The notes below the pieces were generated by a model, which saw only the letters and a program-made list of their open reading frames with translations, did no database searches and had not been told where the DNA came from. Position numbers and translations under genes: made by a program. A stretch of 64,000 bases of DNA from Macrostomum lignano (taxonomy: Eukaryota): assembly GCA_002269645.1 (NCBI GenBank), contig NIVC01000524.1, positions 1 to 64,000 on the forward strand. The letters run 5' to 3'. Of the stretch, positions 34,101-48,031 are shown piece by piece. Each line of letters starts with the position of its first letter. Position 1 is the first letter of the stretch.

Positions 34101-37080
34101 AACACAAAAACCAATAAGTGGCGCGAATACTGTGAGGAACTTGAGGGCTCCTGCCCCACCTCCAGAATCGTAAAAGCCTTCACTCTGGACAAAATGTCCA
34201 AACTCTCCTCAGTCAAGAGAGCCGACGGCTCGCTCACTGAGAACCCAGGAGAAAGGCTGGAGGCGATGCTAACAGCGTTTTTCCCGAACGAGCCAGCCAG
34301 GCCCGACCCCTTGATCATTCAGTGGGCGGACATGTTTCGGCTGAATCAATCATTACGGAGGACCGCGTCACTAAAGCAGTCTCCTCCTTCAAACCCTTCA
34401 AATCCCCAGGACCGGACGGCGTTGTGCCAGTCTTCCTGTGTGAGGCGGTGAAATGCACCGGTTTCCTGCGGAACCTTTGCCCGCTCCTAAAAAGCTTGCA
34501 TTGTTCTCGGCTTTGTTCCGAAAACCTGGACCGAGGCCAGGGTGGTTTTTATCTCGAAGCCCGGCCGACCGGACTACCGGTTCATTAAATCCTTCAGACC
34601 AATCAGCCTCACCTCCTCACTGGTGAAGCTGTTAGAGAGACTGGTGCTCTGGCGCCTCCTCTCTGTAGAACTGAAGAACAAGCCGCTCAGTGAGAACCAG
34701 CATGCCTTTAGGGCAGGCAGGTCCACGGATAGCGCGCTTCACGTCTTGGTCGACATGCTGGAGAAAGCCGTTCTTGGCAATGGCTACGCTCTCGCTGTCT
34801 TCCTCGACATTGTTGGAGCCTTCGATAATGTCCTCTTTGAGGCTTCTGACAGAGCTCTACGTGCTAGAGGAACCCACTCGCACCTCACCCGGTGGATCAT
34901 GTAAATGATCAGCCACCGTTACTGCCACCGCACACCTGTTGGGCCACCAACGGACGGTAACCGTCTGCAAAGGCAGCCCCCAAGGCGGTGTTCTCTCTCC
35001 AGTTCTCTGGAACATGGTCATCGATGAGCTCATTCAGGACAGCCATCTTGACCCCATCCTTAAGGTCGGTTACGCCGATGACGTCACAGCTGTAGCATCC
35101 GAACCGTCACCCGAAACCCTTAGGGATCTTCTGCAAAACTTTATTCGCTCTGCTGAACAATGGGCGGACAGGTGCGGCCTCAGGCTCTCCGAGACCAAAA
35201 CTGTCGCGATTATGTTCACCAGCAGGGTCAACTGGCGTATTCGCCTACTAAAGCTTTACGGGGTAGAAAACCCATCCTGCAAGCGAACCAAGTGTGTCGG
35301 CGTTACACTGTGATCAAATCTGTGATCAAACGAATAATGGGTAATGGCGCATTGTATATGGTACACATTCGAGCTAGCTGGGACATTATTTCAGCACAGT
35401 GAATGTGCGCAGATTAAGCCATTGACGAAATCGCAAGATGTAGAGTGAGTGAAATAGTGGAGTTGAAGGCACTGGTAGGCTTTGACTTACTTGACTTAGC
35501 TGCAGGGCGGTCCGAAGACGCAGCGGGGAGGCGAGCGTCGCCCATTCCGCTAATCCATGAGAAGCCCGCATAGGCTAGGCTAGGGCACGTTCAGGCCAAA
35601 ACCAAAAAAGCCCTCGTGATTCTTGCGCAGTTGCGCAGAGCCTTCGGCACCACCTGGGGCCTCACCCCGAAGCGGCTCTGGTGGATCTATACCGCAATGG
35701 TCCGGCCGGCCGTTACTTACGCCGGCCTGGTCTGGACCTGCGCCTTGCAGATTAAAACCTGCCACGAAGCCCTTAAAAAGGTGCAGGGACGCGCGTGCCG
35801 CATGATCTTGAATGCCCCGCTCTCTGCTCCCTTTGACGGCCTCAACGCCTTCCTCTGCCTCCCGCCTCTGGACATCTTCGTCTGTCGCGAGGCAGCTAAA
35901 ACCACCCGCCGGCTCATCGAAGCTGGTGTTAGCTTCAAGCCACAAAGAGCGATGGCGAAGCGCAAGCTCCTGCCGCACTCTGACCTGTGCCTTAAAGTTC
36001 TGGAGGAGAGTGGGAGTGCGGCTGTCCTTTCGGACGCTGAGCCGCGCTTTCTCAATCTCTACCAACGCTTCAAGGTCACGATCCCCTCTAGGGAGAACGC
36101 CAACAACAGCCGGGCCCCTCAGGAGGTTCACTGCTTCACTGACGGATCCTCCAAAGACGGTTTATCCGGCTTTGGAGTCTGCATCCTTAATGGCCGCATG
36201 ATCGCCACTCACGCCCAACACACTGGCAGACTCTCTAGCGTCTTCCAGAACGAAGTCCTTGCCATCAGCTCCTGTGCAGCTGAGCTCCACTGCAGGGACT
36301 TCAAAGACAGAAGAATCCTCTTCCACTCTGACAGCCAGGCCGCTTTGCAGGCCCTGTGTCACACCACTACGAACTCCCGAACAGTCCGCGACTGTATCGG
36401 GCAGCTCAACAAGCTGGCTCGGAGAAACACCGTCCGGCTTACGTGGATCCCAGGTCACGCCGGTTTCAAAGGTCAAGGCGGGTAGCTCCAGCTCGCTCCT
36501 TGACCCCGTGCCTCTGGCCCCCATCCCCGCCACGGTCATTAATCGTCAAATTAACGACTGGGCGGACATCCTGCACTTGCGCAGATGGGATGGCATTTCC
36601 AATGCCGCCAATCCCGTGCGGCAGTGCCCAATCCGGCCCTCAAGCTGCGGAGAATCATTCTGAATCAAAATCGAAAAGATATCCGCGCTCTCACTATGAC
36701 TTTCACAGGTCACGGTTGCTTTTGCCAGGCACTGTTTCCTCCGAAGTGTTCGCCGGAGCGAACTCTGCCCTTTCTGCAACCTCGAGAACGAAGACGCCAA
36801 GCCGAGACCGGCTCAACCACCTCGGGCCCAACCCGTCCCTGGACGACGCTTGCTGGCTCGAGAACATCCCACGGCTCATCCGGTTCCTCCGGGCCACCAA
36901 ACGAGCCTCCGTCTTTCCCACCGAAGACAACGCTGCAGACAGGACCGGCAGACCTCCCTGACCGGCCCCGCGCCCTAGCCTAGCCCATGCGGGCCTTTCA
37001 AGGATTAGCGGAATGGGCGACGCTCGCCTCCCCGCTGCGTCTTCAGACCGCCCTGCAGCTAAGTCAAGTAAAGTCAAAGG
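31200..37080 (+). mobile_element. Decayed near full-length non-LTR retrotransposon, ORF1 + APE-RT-RNase H (R1/LOA-like)
   Basis: ORF1 remnants at 31623-33069. APE start HCLQVSLQHSIAA...ILIREPW (33072), AGDINAHHTHWGS, SLSDH. RT: KSPGPDG, FRPISLTS, QHAFRAGRST, FLDIVGAFD, KGSPQGGVLSPVLWN, GYADD. RNase H: CFTDGS, HSDSQAAL, WIPGHAG. Many frameshifts and stops. The 5' boundary is approximate and the clade assignment is tentative. Confidence 0.9.
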
Positions 37081-37244
37081 CTACCAGTGCCTTCAACTCC
37101 ACTATTTCACTCACTCTACATCTTGCGATTTCGTCAATGGCTTAATCTGCGCACATTCACTGTGCTGAAATAATGTCCCAGCTAGCTCGTATGTGTACCA
37201 TATACAATGCGCCATTACCCATTATTCGTTTGATCACAGATTTG
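35315..37244. repeat. ~272-bp inverted repeat pair (35315-35586 and 36972-37244)
   Basis: CAAATCTGTGATCAAACG...GGCTAGGCTAGGGC is the reverse complement of GCCCTAGCCTAGCC...CGTTTGATCACAGATTTG, with a few substitutions and indels. Confidence 0.95.
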
Positions 37245-38149
37245 CTTTACTTCACAGAATTAAAGAATCATCATTAAAAAACAATTCCTAAAACTGGAAT
37301 CCTCAAAGTCCTAAAACTGGCCTAACTGGCCTAGCTCGCGAGGGGCTAACAGCATAAACTGATCAACAGCATAGGGGAAAGTGCAACTCTACAGTTCTAG
37401 AAACTTCCATGCACCACGCATTCACCGCGACGGAATCCAACGAAAAAGAGCAATAAATTATTTACAGCCGATGCTTTATGATCGCATGAGCTTCTGCCTT
37501 TTACGGCAAAAAAATTTGGTGCGCGTTTCGAATACCGAGCATGCGCAGGATTGGCGGCGCCTCTTAATTATCATAATTTATTCAGAGCTGAATATTTGCC
37601 CAGCCGCAGCTTCCAGGCCGCGGCAAACAGTATTCACCAGCTGGGACGCTTTCTCCATCTCTTTCAGCTGCAGCTTTGCCACCCTTCCACCCTTTAAATG
37701 ATGGTGAATAATGATTTGGCAAAAGTCAACCGCGGGCCTGCCAAGCCTCCAGCAGCAGTAGCCATTGGATTTCTTTTTAGAGCTGGAGATCTGCTGCAAA
37801 CTGCGGCCTCTACCCCCCCCCCCCCAATGGGATTCTCACGGTGGAGCAGGCCGCTGATTGAGAAGCGGTCTCCGGGGCCCCTCATTTAATATTCTATGCG
37901 CCTGCACGTTGTGGCTTCATCAAGTCGTAGGCAGCCAATCCATAATTACTCCACTCGCTCAGTCTCTGTGTCATAATTAATTGCCAGGGGGGGCTGGCAG
38001 TGAAATTTAATGCATAGCCAACAATTGGCGCGCACGAAACTTACTGACAGAGTCATAAATTAATGATGACCGATTGAAGCACTTCAGATTTCCGATTTCT
38101 GGGGAGGATTGATTCATTGGTTGCCAACTTGTGAGGCTCTGGAATGTGG

Positions 38150-41100
38150 AGAAACATGAAGAATTGTGGAGCAATGTAGAGAATTGTAGAGAATTGTAGA
38201 GAATTGTAGAGAATTGTAGAGAATTGTAGAGAAATGTGGAGAATTGTGGAGAAATGTGGAGAAATGTGGAGAATTGTAGAGAATTGTGGAGAAATGTGGA
38301 GAATTGTAGAGAATTGTAGAGAATTGTAGAGAATTGTAGAGAATTGTAGAGAATTGTGGAGAATTGTAGAGAATTGTAGAGAATTGTGGAGAAATGTGGA
38401 GAATTGTGGAGAAATGTGGAGAATTGTAGAGAATTGTGGAGAAATGTGGAGAATTGTGGAGAAATGTGGAGAAATGTGGAGAATTGTGGAGAAATGTGGA
38501 GAATTGTGGAGAAATGTGGAGAATTGTAGAGAAATGTGGAGAAATGTGGAGAATTGTGGAGAAATGTGGAGAATTGTAGAGAATTGTGGAGAAATGTGGA
38601 GAATTGTGGAGAAATGTGGAGAATTGTAGAGAATTGTGGAGAAATGTGGAGAAATGTGGAGAAATGTGGAGAAATGTGGAGAATTGTGGAGAACCGTGGA
38701 GAATTGTGGAGAATTGTAGAGAATTGTAGAGAATTGTGGAGAAATGTGGAGAATTGTGGAGAACCGTGGAGAATTGTGGAGAATTGTAGAGAATTGTAGA
38801 GAATTGTGGAGAAATGTGGAGAATTGTGGAGAATTGTGGAGAAATGTGGAGAATTGTGGAGAAATGTAGAGAATTGTGGAGAAATGTGGAGAAATGTGGA
38901 GAATTGTGGAGAATTGTGGAGAAATGTGGAGAATTGTGGAGAAATGTGGAGAAATGTGGAGAAATGTAGAGAAATGTGGAGAAATGTAGATAAATGTGGA
39001 GAAATGTGGAGAAATGTGGAGAAATGTGGAGAACTGTGGAGAACCGTGGAGAATTGTGGAGAATTGTAGAGAAATGTGGAGAATTGTGGAGAAATATGGA
39101 GAAATGTGGAGAAATGTGGAGAAATGTGGAGAAATGTAGAGAAATGTGGAGAAATGTAGATAAATGTGGAGAATTGTGGAGAAATGTGGAGAATTGTGGA
39201 GAAATGTGGAGAATTGTGGAGAATTGTGGAGAAATATGGAGAAATGTGGAGAAATGTGGAGAAATGTGGAGAAATGTAGAGAAATGTGGAGAAATGTAGA
39301 TAAATGTGGAGAATTGTGGAGAAATGTGGAGAATTGTGGAGAAATGTGGAGAATTGTGGAGAAATGTGGAGAATTGTAGAGAAATGTGGAGAAATGTGGA
39401 GAAATGTGGAGAAATGTAGAGAAATGTGGAGAAATGTAGATAAATGTGGAGAATTGTGGAGAAATGTGGAGAATTGTGGAGAAATGTGGAGAATTGTGGA
39501 GAAATGTGGAGAAATGTGGAGAAATGTAGAGAAATGTGGAGAAATGTAGAGAAATGTGGAGAATTGTAGAGAAATGTGGAGAATTGTAGAGAAATGTGGA
39601 GAATTGTGGAAAATTGTGGAGAATGTGGAGAAACATGGAGAATGTGGAGAATTGTGGAGAAATGTGGAGAATTGTGGAGAAATGTGGAGAAATGTGGAGA
39701 AATGTGGAGAATTGTAGAGAAATGTGGAGAATTGTAGAGAAATGTGGAGAATTGTGGAAAATTGTGGAGAATGTGGAGAAACATGGAGAATGTGGAGAAA
39801 CATGGAGAATGTGGAGAAACATGGAGAATGTGGAGATACATGGAGAATGTGGAAAAACACGGAGAATGTGGAGAAACATGGAGAATGTGGAGATACATGG
39901 AGAATGTGGAGAAACATGGAGAATGTGGAGAAACATGGAGAATGTGGAGATACATGGAGAATGTGGAAAAACACGGAGAATGTGGAGAAACATGGAGAAT
40001 GTGGAGAAACATGGAGAATGTGGAGATACATGGAGAATGTGGAGAAACATGGAGAATGTGGAGAAACACGGAGAATGTGGAGAAACATGGAGAATGTGGA
40101 GAAACATGGAGAATGTGGAGATACATGGAGAATGTGGAAAAACACGGAGAATGTGGAGAAACATGGAGAATGTGGAGATACATGGAGAATGTGGAAAAAC
40201 ACAGAGAATGTGGAGAAACATGGAGAATGTGGAGATACATGGAGAATGTGGAGAAACATGGAGAATGTGGAGAAACATGGAGAATGTGGAGAAACATGGA
40301 GAATGTGGAGAAACATGGAGAATGTGGAGAAACATGGAGAATGTGGAGAAACATGGAGAATGTGGAGATACATGGAGAATGTGGAGATACATGGAGAATG
40401 TGGAAAAACACAGAGAATGTGGAGAAACATGGAGAATGTGGAGATACATGGAGAATGTGGAGAAACATGGAGAATGTGGAGAATTGTGGAGAAATATGGA
40501 GAATGTGGAGAAACATGGAGAATGTGGAGATACATGGAGAATGTGGAGAAACACAGAGAATGTGGAGAAACATGGAGAATGTGGAGATACATGGAGAAAT
40601 GTGGAGAATTGTAGAGAAATGTGGAGAATTGTAGAGAAATGTGGAGAATTGCGGAGAATTGTGGAGAATTGCGGAGAATGTGGAGAAACATGGAGAATGT
40701 GGAGAAACATGGAGAATGTGGAGAAACATGGAGAATGTGGAGATACATGGAGAATGTGGAAAAACACGGAGAATGTGGAGAAACATGAAGAATGTGGAGA
40801 TACATGGAGAATGTGGAAAAACACAGAGAATGTGGAGAAACATGGAGAATGTGGAGATACATGGAGAATGTGGAAAAACACAGAGAATGTGGAGAAACAT
40901 GGAGAATGTGGAGATACATGGAGAAATGTGGAGAATTGTGGAGAAATGTGGAGAATTGTGGAGAAATGTGGAGAATTGTAGAGAAATGTGGAGAATTGTA
41001 GAGAAATGTGGAGAATTGCGGAGAATTGTGGAGAATTGCGGAGAATGTGGAGAAACATGGAGAATGTGGAGAAACATGGAGAATGTGGAGAAACATGGAG

Positions 41101-44100
41101 AATGTGGAGATACATGGAGAATGTGGAAAAACACGGAGAATGTGGAGAAACATGGAGAATGTGGAGAAACATGGAGAATGTGGAGATACATGGAGAATGT
41201 GGAGAAACATGGAGAATGTGGAGAAACACGGAGAATGTGGAGAAACATGGAGAATGTGGAGAAACATGGAGAATGTGGAGATACATGGAGAATGTGGAAA
41301 AACACGGAGAATGTGGAGAAACATGGAGAATGTGGAGATACATGGAGAATGTGGAAAAACACAGAGAATGTAGAGAAACATGGAGAATGTGGAGATACAT
41401 GGAGAATGTGGAGAAACATGGAGAATGTGGAGAAACATGGAGAATGTGGAGAAACATGGAGAATGTGGAGAAACATGGAGAATGTGGAGAAACATGGAGA
41501 ATGTGGAGAAACATGGAGAATGTGGAGAAACATGGAGAATGTGGAGATACATGGAGAATGTGGAAAAACACAGAGAATGTGGAGAAACATGGAGAATGTG
41601 GAGATACATGGAGAATGTGGAGATACATGGAGAATGTGGAGAAACATGGAGAATGTGGAGATACATGGAGAATGTGGAGAAACATGGAGAATGTGGAGAA
41701 TTGTGGAGAAATATGGAGAATGTGGAGAAACATGGAGAATGTGGAGATACATGGAGAATGTGGAAAAACACAGAGAATGTGGAGAAACATGGAGAATGTG
41801 GAGATACATGGAGAAATGTAGAGAATTGTAGAGAAATGTGGAGAATTGTAGAGAAATGTGGAGAATTGCGGAGAATTGTGGAGAATTGCGGAGAATGTGG
41901 AGAAACATGGAGAATGTGGAGAAACATGGAGAATGTGGAGAAACATGGAGAATGTGGAGATACATGGAGAATGTGGAAAAACACGGAGAATGTGGAGAAA
42001 CATGGAGAATGTGGAGATACATGGAGAATGTGGAAAAACACAGAGAATGTGGAGAAACATGGAGAATGTGGAGATACATGGAGAATGTGGAGAAACATGG
42101 AGAATGTGGAGAAACATGGAGAATGTGGAGAAACATGGAGAATGTGGAGAAACATGGAGAATGTGGAGATACATGGAGAATGTGGAGAAACATGGAGAAT
42201 GTGGAGAAACATGGAGAATGTGGAGATACATGGAGAATGTGGAAAAACACGGAGAATGTGGAGAAACATGGAGAATGTGGAGATACATGGAGAATGTGGA
42301 GAAACATGGAGAATGTGGAGAAACATGGAGAATGTGGAGAAACATGGAGAATGTGGAGAAACATGGAGAATGTGGAGAAACATGGAGAATGTGGAGAAAC
42401 ATGGAGAATGTGGAGAAACATGGAGAATGTGGAGATACATGGAGAATGTGGAAAAACACGGAGAATGTGGAGAAACATGGAGAATGTGGAGATACATGGA
42501 GAATGTGGAAAAACACAGAGAATGTGGAGAAACATGGAGAATGTGGAGATACATGGAGAATGTGGAGAAACATGGAGAATGTGGAGAAACATGGAGAATG
42601 TGGAGAAACATGGAGAATGTGGAGAAACATGGAGAATGTGGAGATACATGGAGAATGTGGAAAAACACAGAGAATGTGGAGAAACATGGAGAATGTGGAG
42701 ATACATGGAGAATGTGGAGATACATGGAGAATGTGGAGAAACATGGAGAATGTGGAGATACATGGAGAATGTGGAGAAACATGGAGAATGTGGAGAATTG
42801 TGGAGAAATATGGAGAATGTGGAGAAACATGGAGAATGTGGAGATACATGGAGAATGTGGAAAAACACAGAGAATGTGGAGAAACATGGAGAATGTGGAG
42901 ATACATGGAGAAATGTAGAGAATTGTAGAGAAATGTGGAGAATTGTAGAGAAATGTGGAGAATTGCGGAGAATTGTGGAGAATTGCGGAGAATGTGGAGA
43001 AACATGGAGAATGTGGAGAAACATGGAGAATGTGGAGAAACATGGAGAATGTGGAGATACATGGAGAATGTGGAAAAACACGGAGAATGTGGAGAAACAT
43101 GGAGAATGTGGAGATACATGGAGAATGTGGAAAAACACAGAGAATGTGGAGAAACATGGAGAATGTGGAGATACATGGAGAATGTGGAGAAACATGGAGA
43201 ATGTGGAGAAACATGGAGAATGTGGAGAAACATGGAGAATGTGGAGAAACATGGAGAATGTGGAGATACATGGAGAATGTGGAGAAACATGGAGAATGTG
43301 GAGAAACATGGAGAATGTGGAGATACATGGAGAATGTGGAAAAACACGGAGAATGTGGAGAAACATGGAGAATGTGGAGATACATGGAGAATGTGGAGAA
43401 ACATGGAGAATGTGGAGAAACATGGAGAATGTGGAGAAACATGGAGAATGTGGAGAAACATGGAGAATGTGGAGAAACATGGAGAATGTGGAGAAACATG
43501 GAGAATGTGGAGAAACATGGAGAATGTGGAGATACATGGAGAATGTGGAAAAACACGGAGAATGTGGAGAAACATGGAGAATGTGGAGATACATGGAGAA
43601 TGTGGAAAAACACAGAGAATGTGGAGAAACATGGAGAATGTGGAGATACATGGAGAATGTGGAGAAACATGGAGAATGTGGAGAAACATGGAGAATGTGG
43701 AGAAACATGGAGAATGTGGAGAAACATGGAGAATGTGGAGATACATGGAGAATGTGGAAAAACACGGAGAATGTGGAGAAACATGGAGAATGTGGAGATA
43801 CATGGAGAATGTGGAAAAACACGGAGAATGTGGAGAAACATGGAGAATGTGGAGATACATGGAGAATGTGGAAAAACACAGAGAATGTGGAGAAACATGG
43901 AGAATGTGGAGATACATGGAGAATGTGGAGAAACATGGAGAATGTGGAGAAACATGGAGAATGTGGAGAAACATGGAGAATGTGGAGAAACATGGAGAAT
44001 GTGGAGAAACATGGAGAATGTGGAGAAACATGGAGAATGTGGAGAAACATGGAGAATGTGGAGAAACATGGAGAATGTGGAGAAACATGGAGAATGTGGA

Positions 44101-44575
44101 GAAACATGGAGAATGTGGAGAAACATGGAGAATGTGGAGAAACATGGAGAATGTGGAGAAAAATGGAGAATGTGGAGATACATGGAGAATGTGGAAAAAC
44201 ACAGAGAATGTGGAGAAACATGGAGAATGTGGAGAAACACGGAGAATGTGGAGAAACATGGAGAATGTGGAGAAACATGGAGAATGTGGAGAAACATGGA
44301 GAATGTGGAGAAACATGGAGAATGTGGAGAAACATGGAGAATGTGGAGAAACATGGAGAATGTGGAGAAACATGGAGAATGTGGAGAAACATGGAGAATG
44401 TGGAGAAACATGGAGAATGTGGAGAAACATGGAGAATGTGGAGAAACATGGAGAATGTGGAGAAACATGGAGAATTGTGGAGCAATGTGGAGAATTGCGG
44501 AGCAATGTGGAGAATTGCGGAGCAATGTGGAGAATTGCGGAGAAATGTGGAGAATTGTGGAGAATTGTGGAGAAA
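38150..44575 (+). repeat. ~6.4-kb satellite: 10-bp GAGAA[A/T]TGT[G/A] domain grading into a 19-bp GGAGAATGTGGAGAAACAT domain with higher-order blocks
   Basis: 10-mer from about 38160-39620 and 19-mer from about 39620-44470. Landmark variants recur at 40988, 41838 and 42935. Confidence 0.98.
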
Positions 44576-45076
44576 CATGGAGGAAAATGAACAAAAAACC
44601 AAGCAGTACAAACTGTATTTTAACTTTCAAAGAAAGAATTTTATTCCTTATTTAAGCAAAACTTCTCAGCAGCGGTCAGGGAGGGAACTGCATGGTACGT
44701 AAGCAACAGACACCTCACTTGAGATACTTGAGTTCATCTTAATCCATATTGGGTCTTATATCCACCTGATCTGGTTTATTGATCTGAAACTTAATATTTA
44801 GCAACAATTCCGCAAGGCCAATCCGTGAAGTCGCTCATCAGAAGCAGGGGGCACTCAAATCAGGTAAGGTCGCAATTATAGATAACTTACGCATCTATAT
44901 ATAGAAAACCAAATAGCAGTATTAGAGCAGTTATTAAACAGATGCATGCAAGCATATAGGTAAACACCTCAGATCAGTTTTACGTCGTACGATATACTGA
45001 ATTTACAATACAAAAAATCCCATCTTAAAATATTGTCCGCCTGTCTTCTGGTTTCAGGGACAGACCTGCAGACGAC

Positions 45077-47888
45077 TTAGCACAGCACATCCGCGATGGC
45101 TTTGCGCTGCTCCGCGCTCAATTTGGTTGGGAACTGGACGTTGAAGCGAATGTGCAGGTCGCCCTTCTGTGCCGGGTTCTCCGGCAGTGGCATTCCCTCG
45201 CCTGGCACCGTCTTCACGAAGGTCGGGCTGAAGAGGGAAAAGAGTTAGTGGCGAATGCATATGTTCACCAATTGGATAACGTGACTACTCTGTAGCCAAT
45301 CTGATGTAACCTCAGTTTGCAATGTACAGTGAACATCTCTTACTCCTCCTATCCCCTGTCTCGCACAGCCAACCTCACGACCAGATTACAAATGTACATT
45401 CAACATCTCCCCCTGCCGCGCACAGCCAACCTCACGACCAGATTACAGATGTACATTCAACATCTCCCCCTGCCGGGCACAGCCAACCTCACGACCAGAT
45501 TACAAATATACATTCAACATCTCCTCCTGCCGCGCACAGCCAACCTCACGACCAGATTACAAATGTACATTCAACATCTCCCCCTGCCGGGCACAGCCAA
45601 CCTCACGACCAGATTACAGATGTACATTCAACATCTCCCCCTGCCGGGCACAGCCAACCTCACGACCAGATTACAGATGTACATTCAACATCTCCCCCTG
45701 CCGCGCACAGCCAACCTCACGACCAGATTACAGATGTACATTCAACATCTCCCCTGCCGCGCACAGCCAACCTCACGACCAGATTACAAATGTACATTCA
45801 ACATCTCCCCCTGCCGCGCACAGCCAACCTCCCGACCAGATTACAGATGTACATTCAACATCTCCCCTGCCGCGCACAGCCAACCTCACGACCAGATTAC
45901 AAATGTACATTCAACATCTCCCCCTGCCGCGCACAGCCAACCTCCCGACCAGATTACAAATTTCATTAAAAATCTACGGACCAAGTATTCAAATAAGCAG
46001 CAAATCTATAAACTGTGAACGCGTACAAGCGAGTAAGATCATCAAAGCAATTGAGCAACTCACTGCACAATGTCGGTGATGGGAATATGCAGAACACGAT
46101 CATCCAGAGTTGTAATATTAACCGTGTAAGATGTGAGAGCCCTACCCAGGGGGATGTCAGCCGTGTAGATGAGGTCCGAGCCTTCACGACGGAACCTCGG
46201 GTGCGGCTTGTCCTTCACGACAAACACGATGTCAGCTGAAAGAAATAGTTTAAATTTCAAGTTAGAAAATAAAACCTTAGCTTAAAAAATGACTACCGCT
46301 ATGTTCATCTTACCTGGAACATTGTTCGGCCCCTGGTCGCCCTCCTCGGGAAAGGTGATCTTGGTGCCCTGCCGCCAGCCGCGCTTCACAACTATTGTCA
46401 GAATCTTCTCCCTCACGCTGCTCGTGTGTCCGTCCTCGTTCATCACCTGCGACAGGGTCGGGAGAAAAATTAACAATAATTCTTCTCACAACTAAATCTG
46501 TGGCTATGTGTCAGCTATACGAGGTAGCTGTACATCACAGGCCGTGTTTCGAAACCATGAAATTCTAATCTGTTGCGCTATTGGATCAAACTGACTCGCT
46601 CACTACTAACAGTAGCAAAACTCACCCGTCTGGCAATTTTCATTTTCTTAACGCAGCCGTGGAAAATTTCCTCTAGCGACACGACCAGGTCGCGCTCGAT
46701 CGGCTCGTCCTTCTTCTTCTGGCCACGGCCGTGCAGGCCGCCGAAGCTCATGTGCATGTCGCCGTCGACGCGGTCGAAGAACTCGCGGAACGGATTGTCA
46801 TTGCCGAAGAATTCCAAGAAAACGCGCAGAGGGTCGCCGTGGAATGTGTAGCCCTCCGTGTGCGCTCCGCTCCGGTTGAAGCCGTGCGGCACGCCGGCTT
46901 TCAAGCCCTCCTCGCCGAACTGGTCGTAGACAGCGCGCTTCCGGTTGTCTGACAGGACATCGTAGGCCTCGGCGATTTGTAGAAATTTCTCTTTGGCCGA
47001 CTCTTCCGCATTCTTCTGCGGGTGGTACTTCAGGGCGAGCTTGCGGTACCTGCGGGAGGCAAGACGAAGCATCAATAGTTGAGAAATTCCAAGTTATAGT
47101 TAGTATCTTTTACATATATCTCTGGAGTAGAAGAAATTGAAAGTGAAAGCTTCAGTCAGGCTTAGTAATTATGCAAATATTTTTATAAGGTTTTTATTTT
47201 AACACCAATTTGACAATCTACAATATACACAAACTAAAGCTACCTCTTGAGTGCAACTAATAATACTGTCATTAAAGTTATTACGAGTTGTATTCACTTT
47301 ATTTCTAAGCTCTGTTTCTAACGACAATTCTATTTAAAGATGTTGAAATTGGATATAAATAGGAATTACAATTTAATATTTTCTACCTGAGGTCACCAAA
47401 TTTGTTACTTAATAATTAAAAGCATAACAATTCAATAGAAAGCCAAATCGATTTAAAAACATCTCTGAAAATAAAAATATAAAATTCAGGCTATTTTTTG
47501 TACTTGAGACTAAATAAGAATAAATTTAAAGAATACTTTAACTTCGATTTTACATATTTTTAATTTTCACATTTTTCAAATTTTTAAATAAAAATGGAAC
47601 AAATAGCTACAACTACAAGAGCTTTTATATAATACCCTAAATACAAAAGTCCAAATTAATCATCAAGCTTTTTGCACATTGGGCCCATTCATTGAAGATT
47701 GAATTTTAAAATAAGCAGAAAATAATATATTTAAAATATTTCCCACATAAATAAATAGCAAAGCAATCCTTCATAAGTATGCTATGAAACAGAGAACATA
47801 ATTGTATAAGCAGCACTTACGCTCGCTTTACATCATCAACTGTGCAGTTCGCAGATAGATTTAGGGTTTTGTAGTAGTCTCTGCCCAT
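45077..47888 (-). CDS. DNAJB13: DnaJ homolog subfamily B member 13-like (radial-spoke HSP40), 315 aa, 5 coding exons
   Basis: Exons 47821-47888, 46626-47049, 46314-46446, 46064-46235, 45077-45227 are all GT-AG and total 948 nt in frame. MGRDYYKTL...[14 protein letters not shown] (HPQ rather than HPD), [58 protein letters not shown]. Confidence 0.93.
45362..45960. repeat. 56/57-bp minisatellite, ~10.5 copies, in DNAJB13 intron 4
   Basis: Unit CGCACAGCCAACCTCACGACCAGATTACA[A/G]ATGTACATTCAACATCTCCCCCTGCCG. Confidence 0.95.
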
Positions 47889-48016
47889 AGCTGTGCTTTT
47901 ATTCTACCGAATTAATTCACCTCTTAAAACTTATAGGATTTTAGGACTAATACTATACGATTATTCAGACTAAGAAGTAGATTAAAGTTAAACGTTTCTC
48001 TATCGAACTCACATTA

Positions 48017-48031
48017 GTTGCTGCTGGCAAC
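48017..48031. promoter_or_regulatory. Candidate RFX X-box upstream of DNAJB13
   Basis: GTTGCTGCTGGCAAC approximates GTNRCC-N(0-3)-RGYAAC and lies ~130 bp upstream of the ATG of a ciliary gene. Confidence 0.5.

Noticed and set aside
37578-37889. Short ORFs between the LINE and the satellite as possible exons
   Set aside because: No recognisable motif and no phase-consistent partner exons.
38007-44702. Long ORFs on both strands (HILHVSPHS... / MWRNMENVE...)
   Set aside because: They are translations of the 10/19-bp satellite in multiple frames, with no unique coding content.
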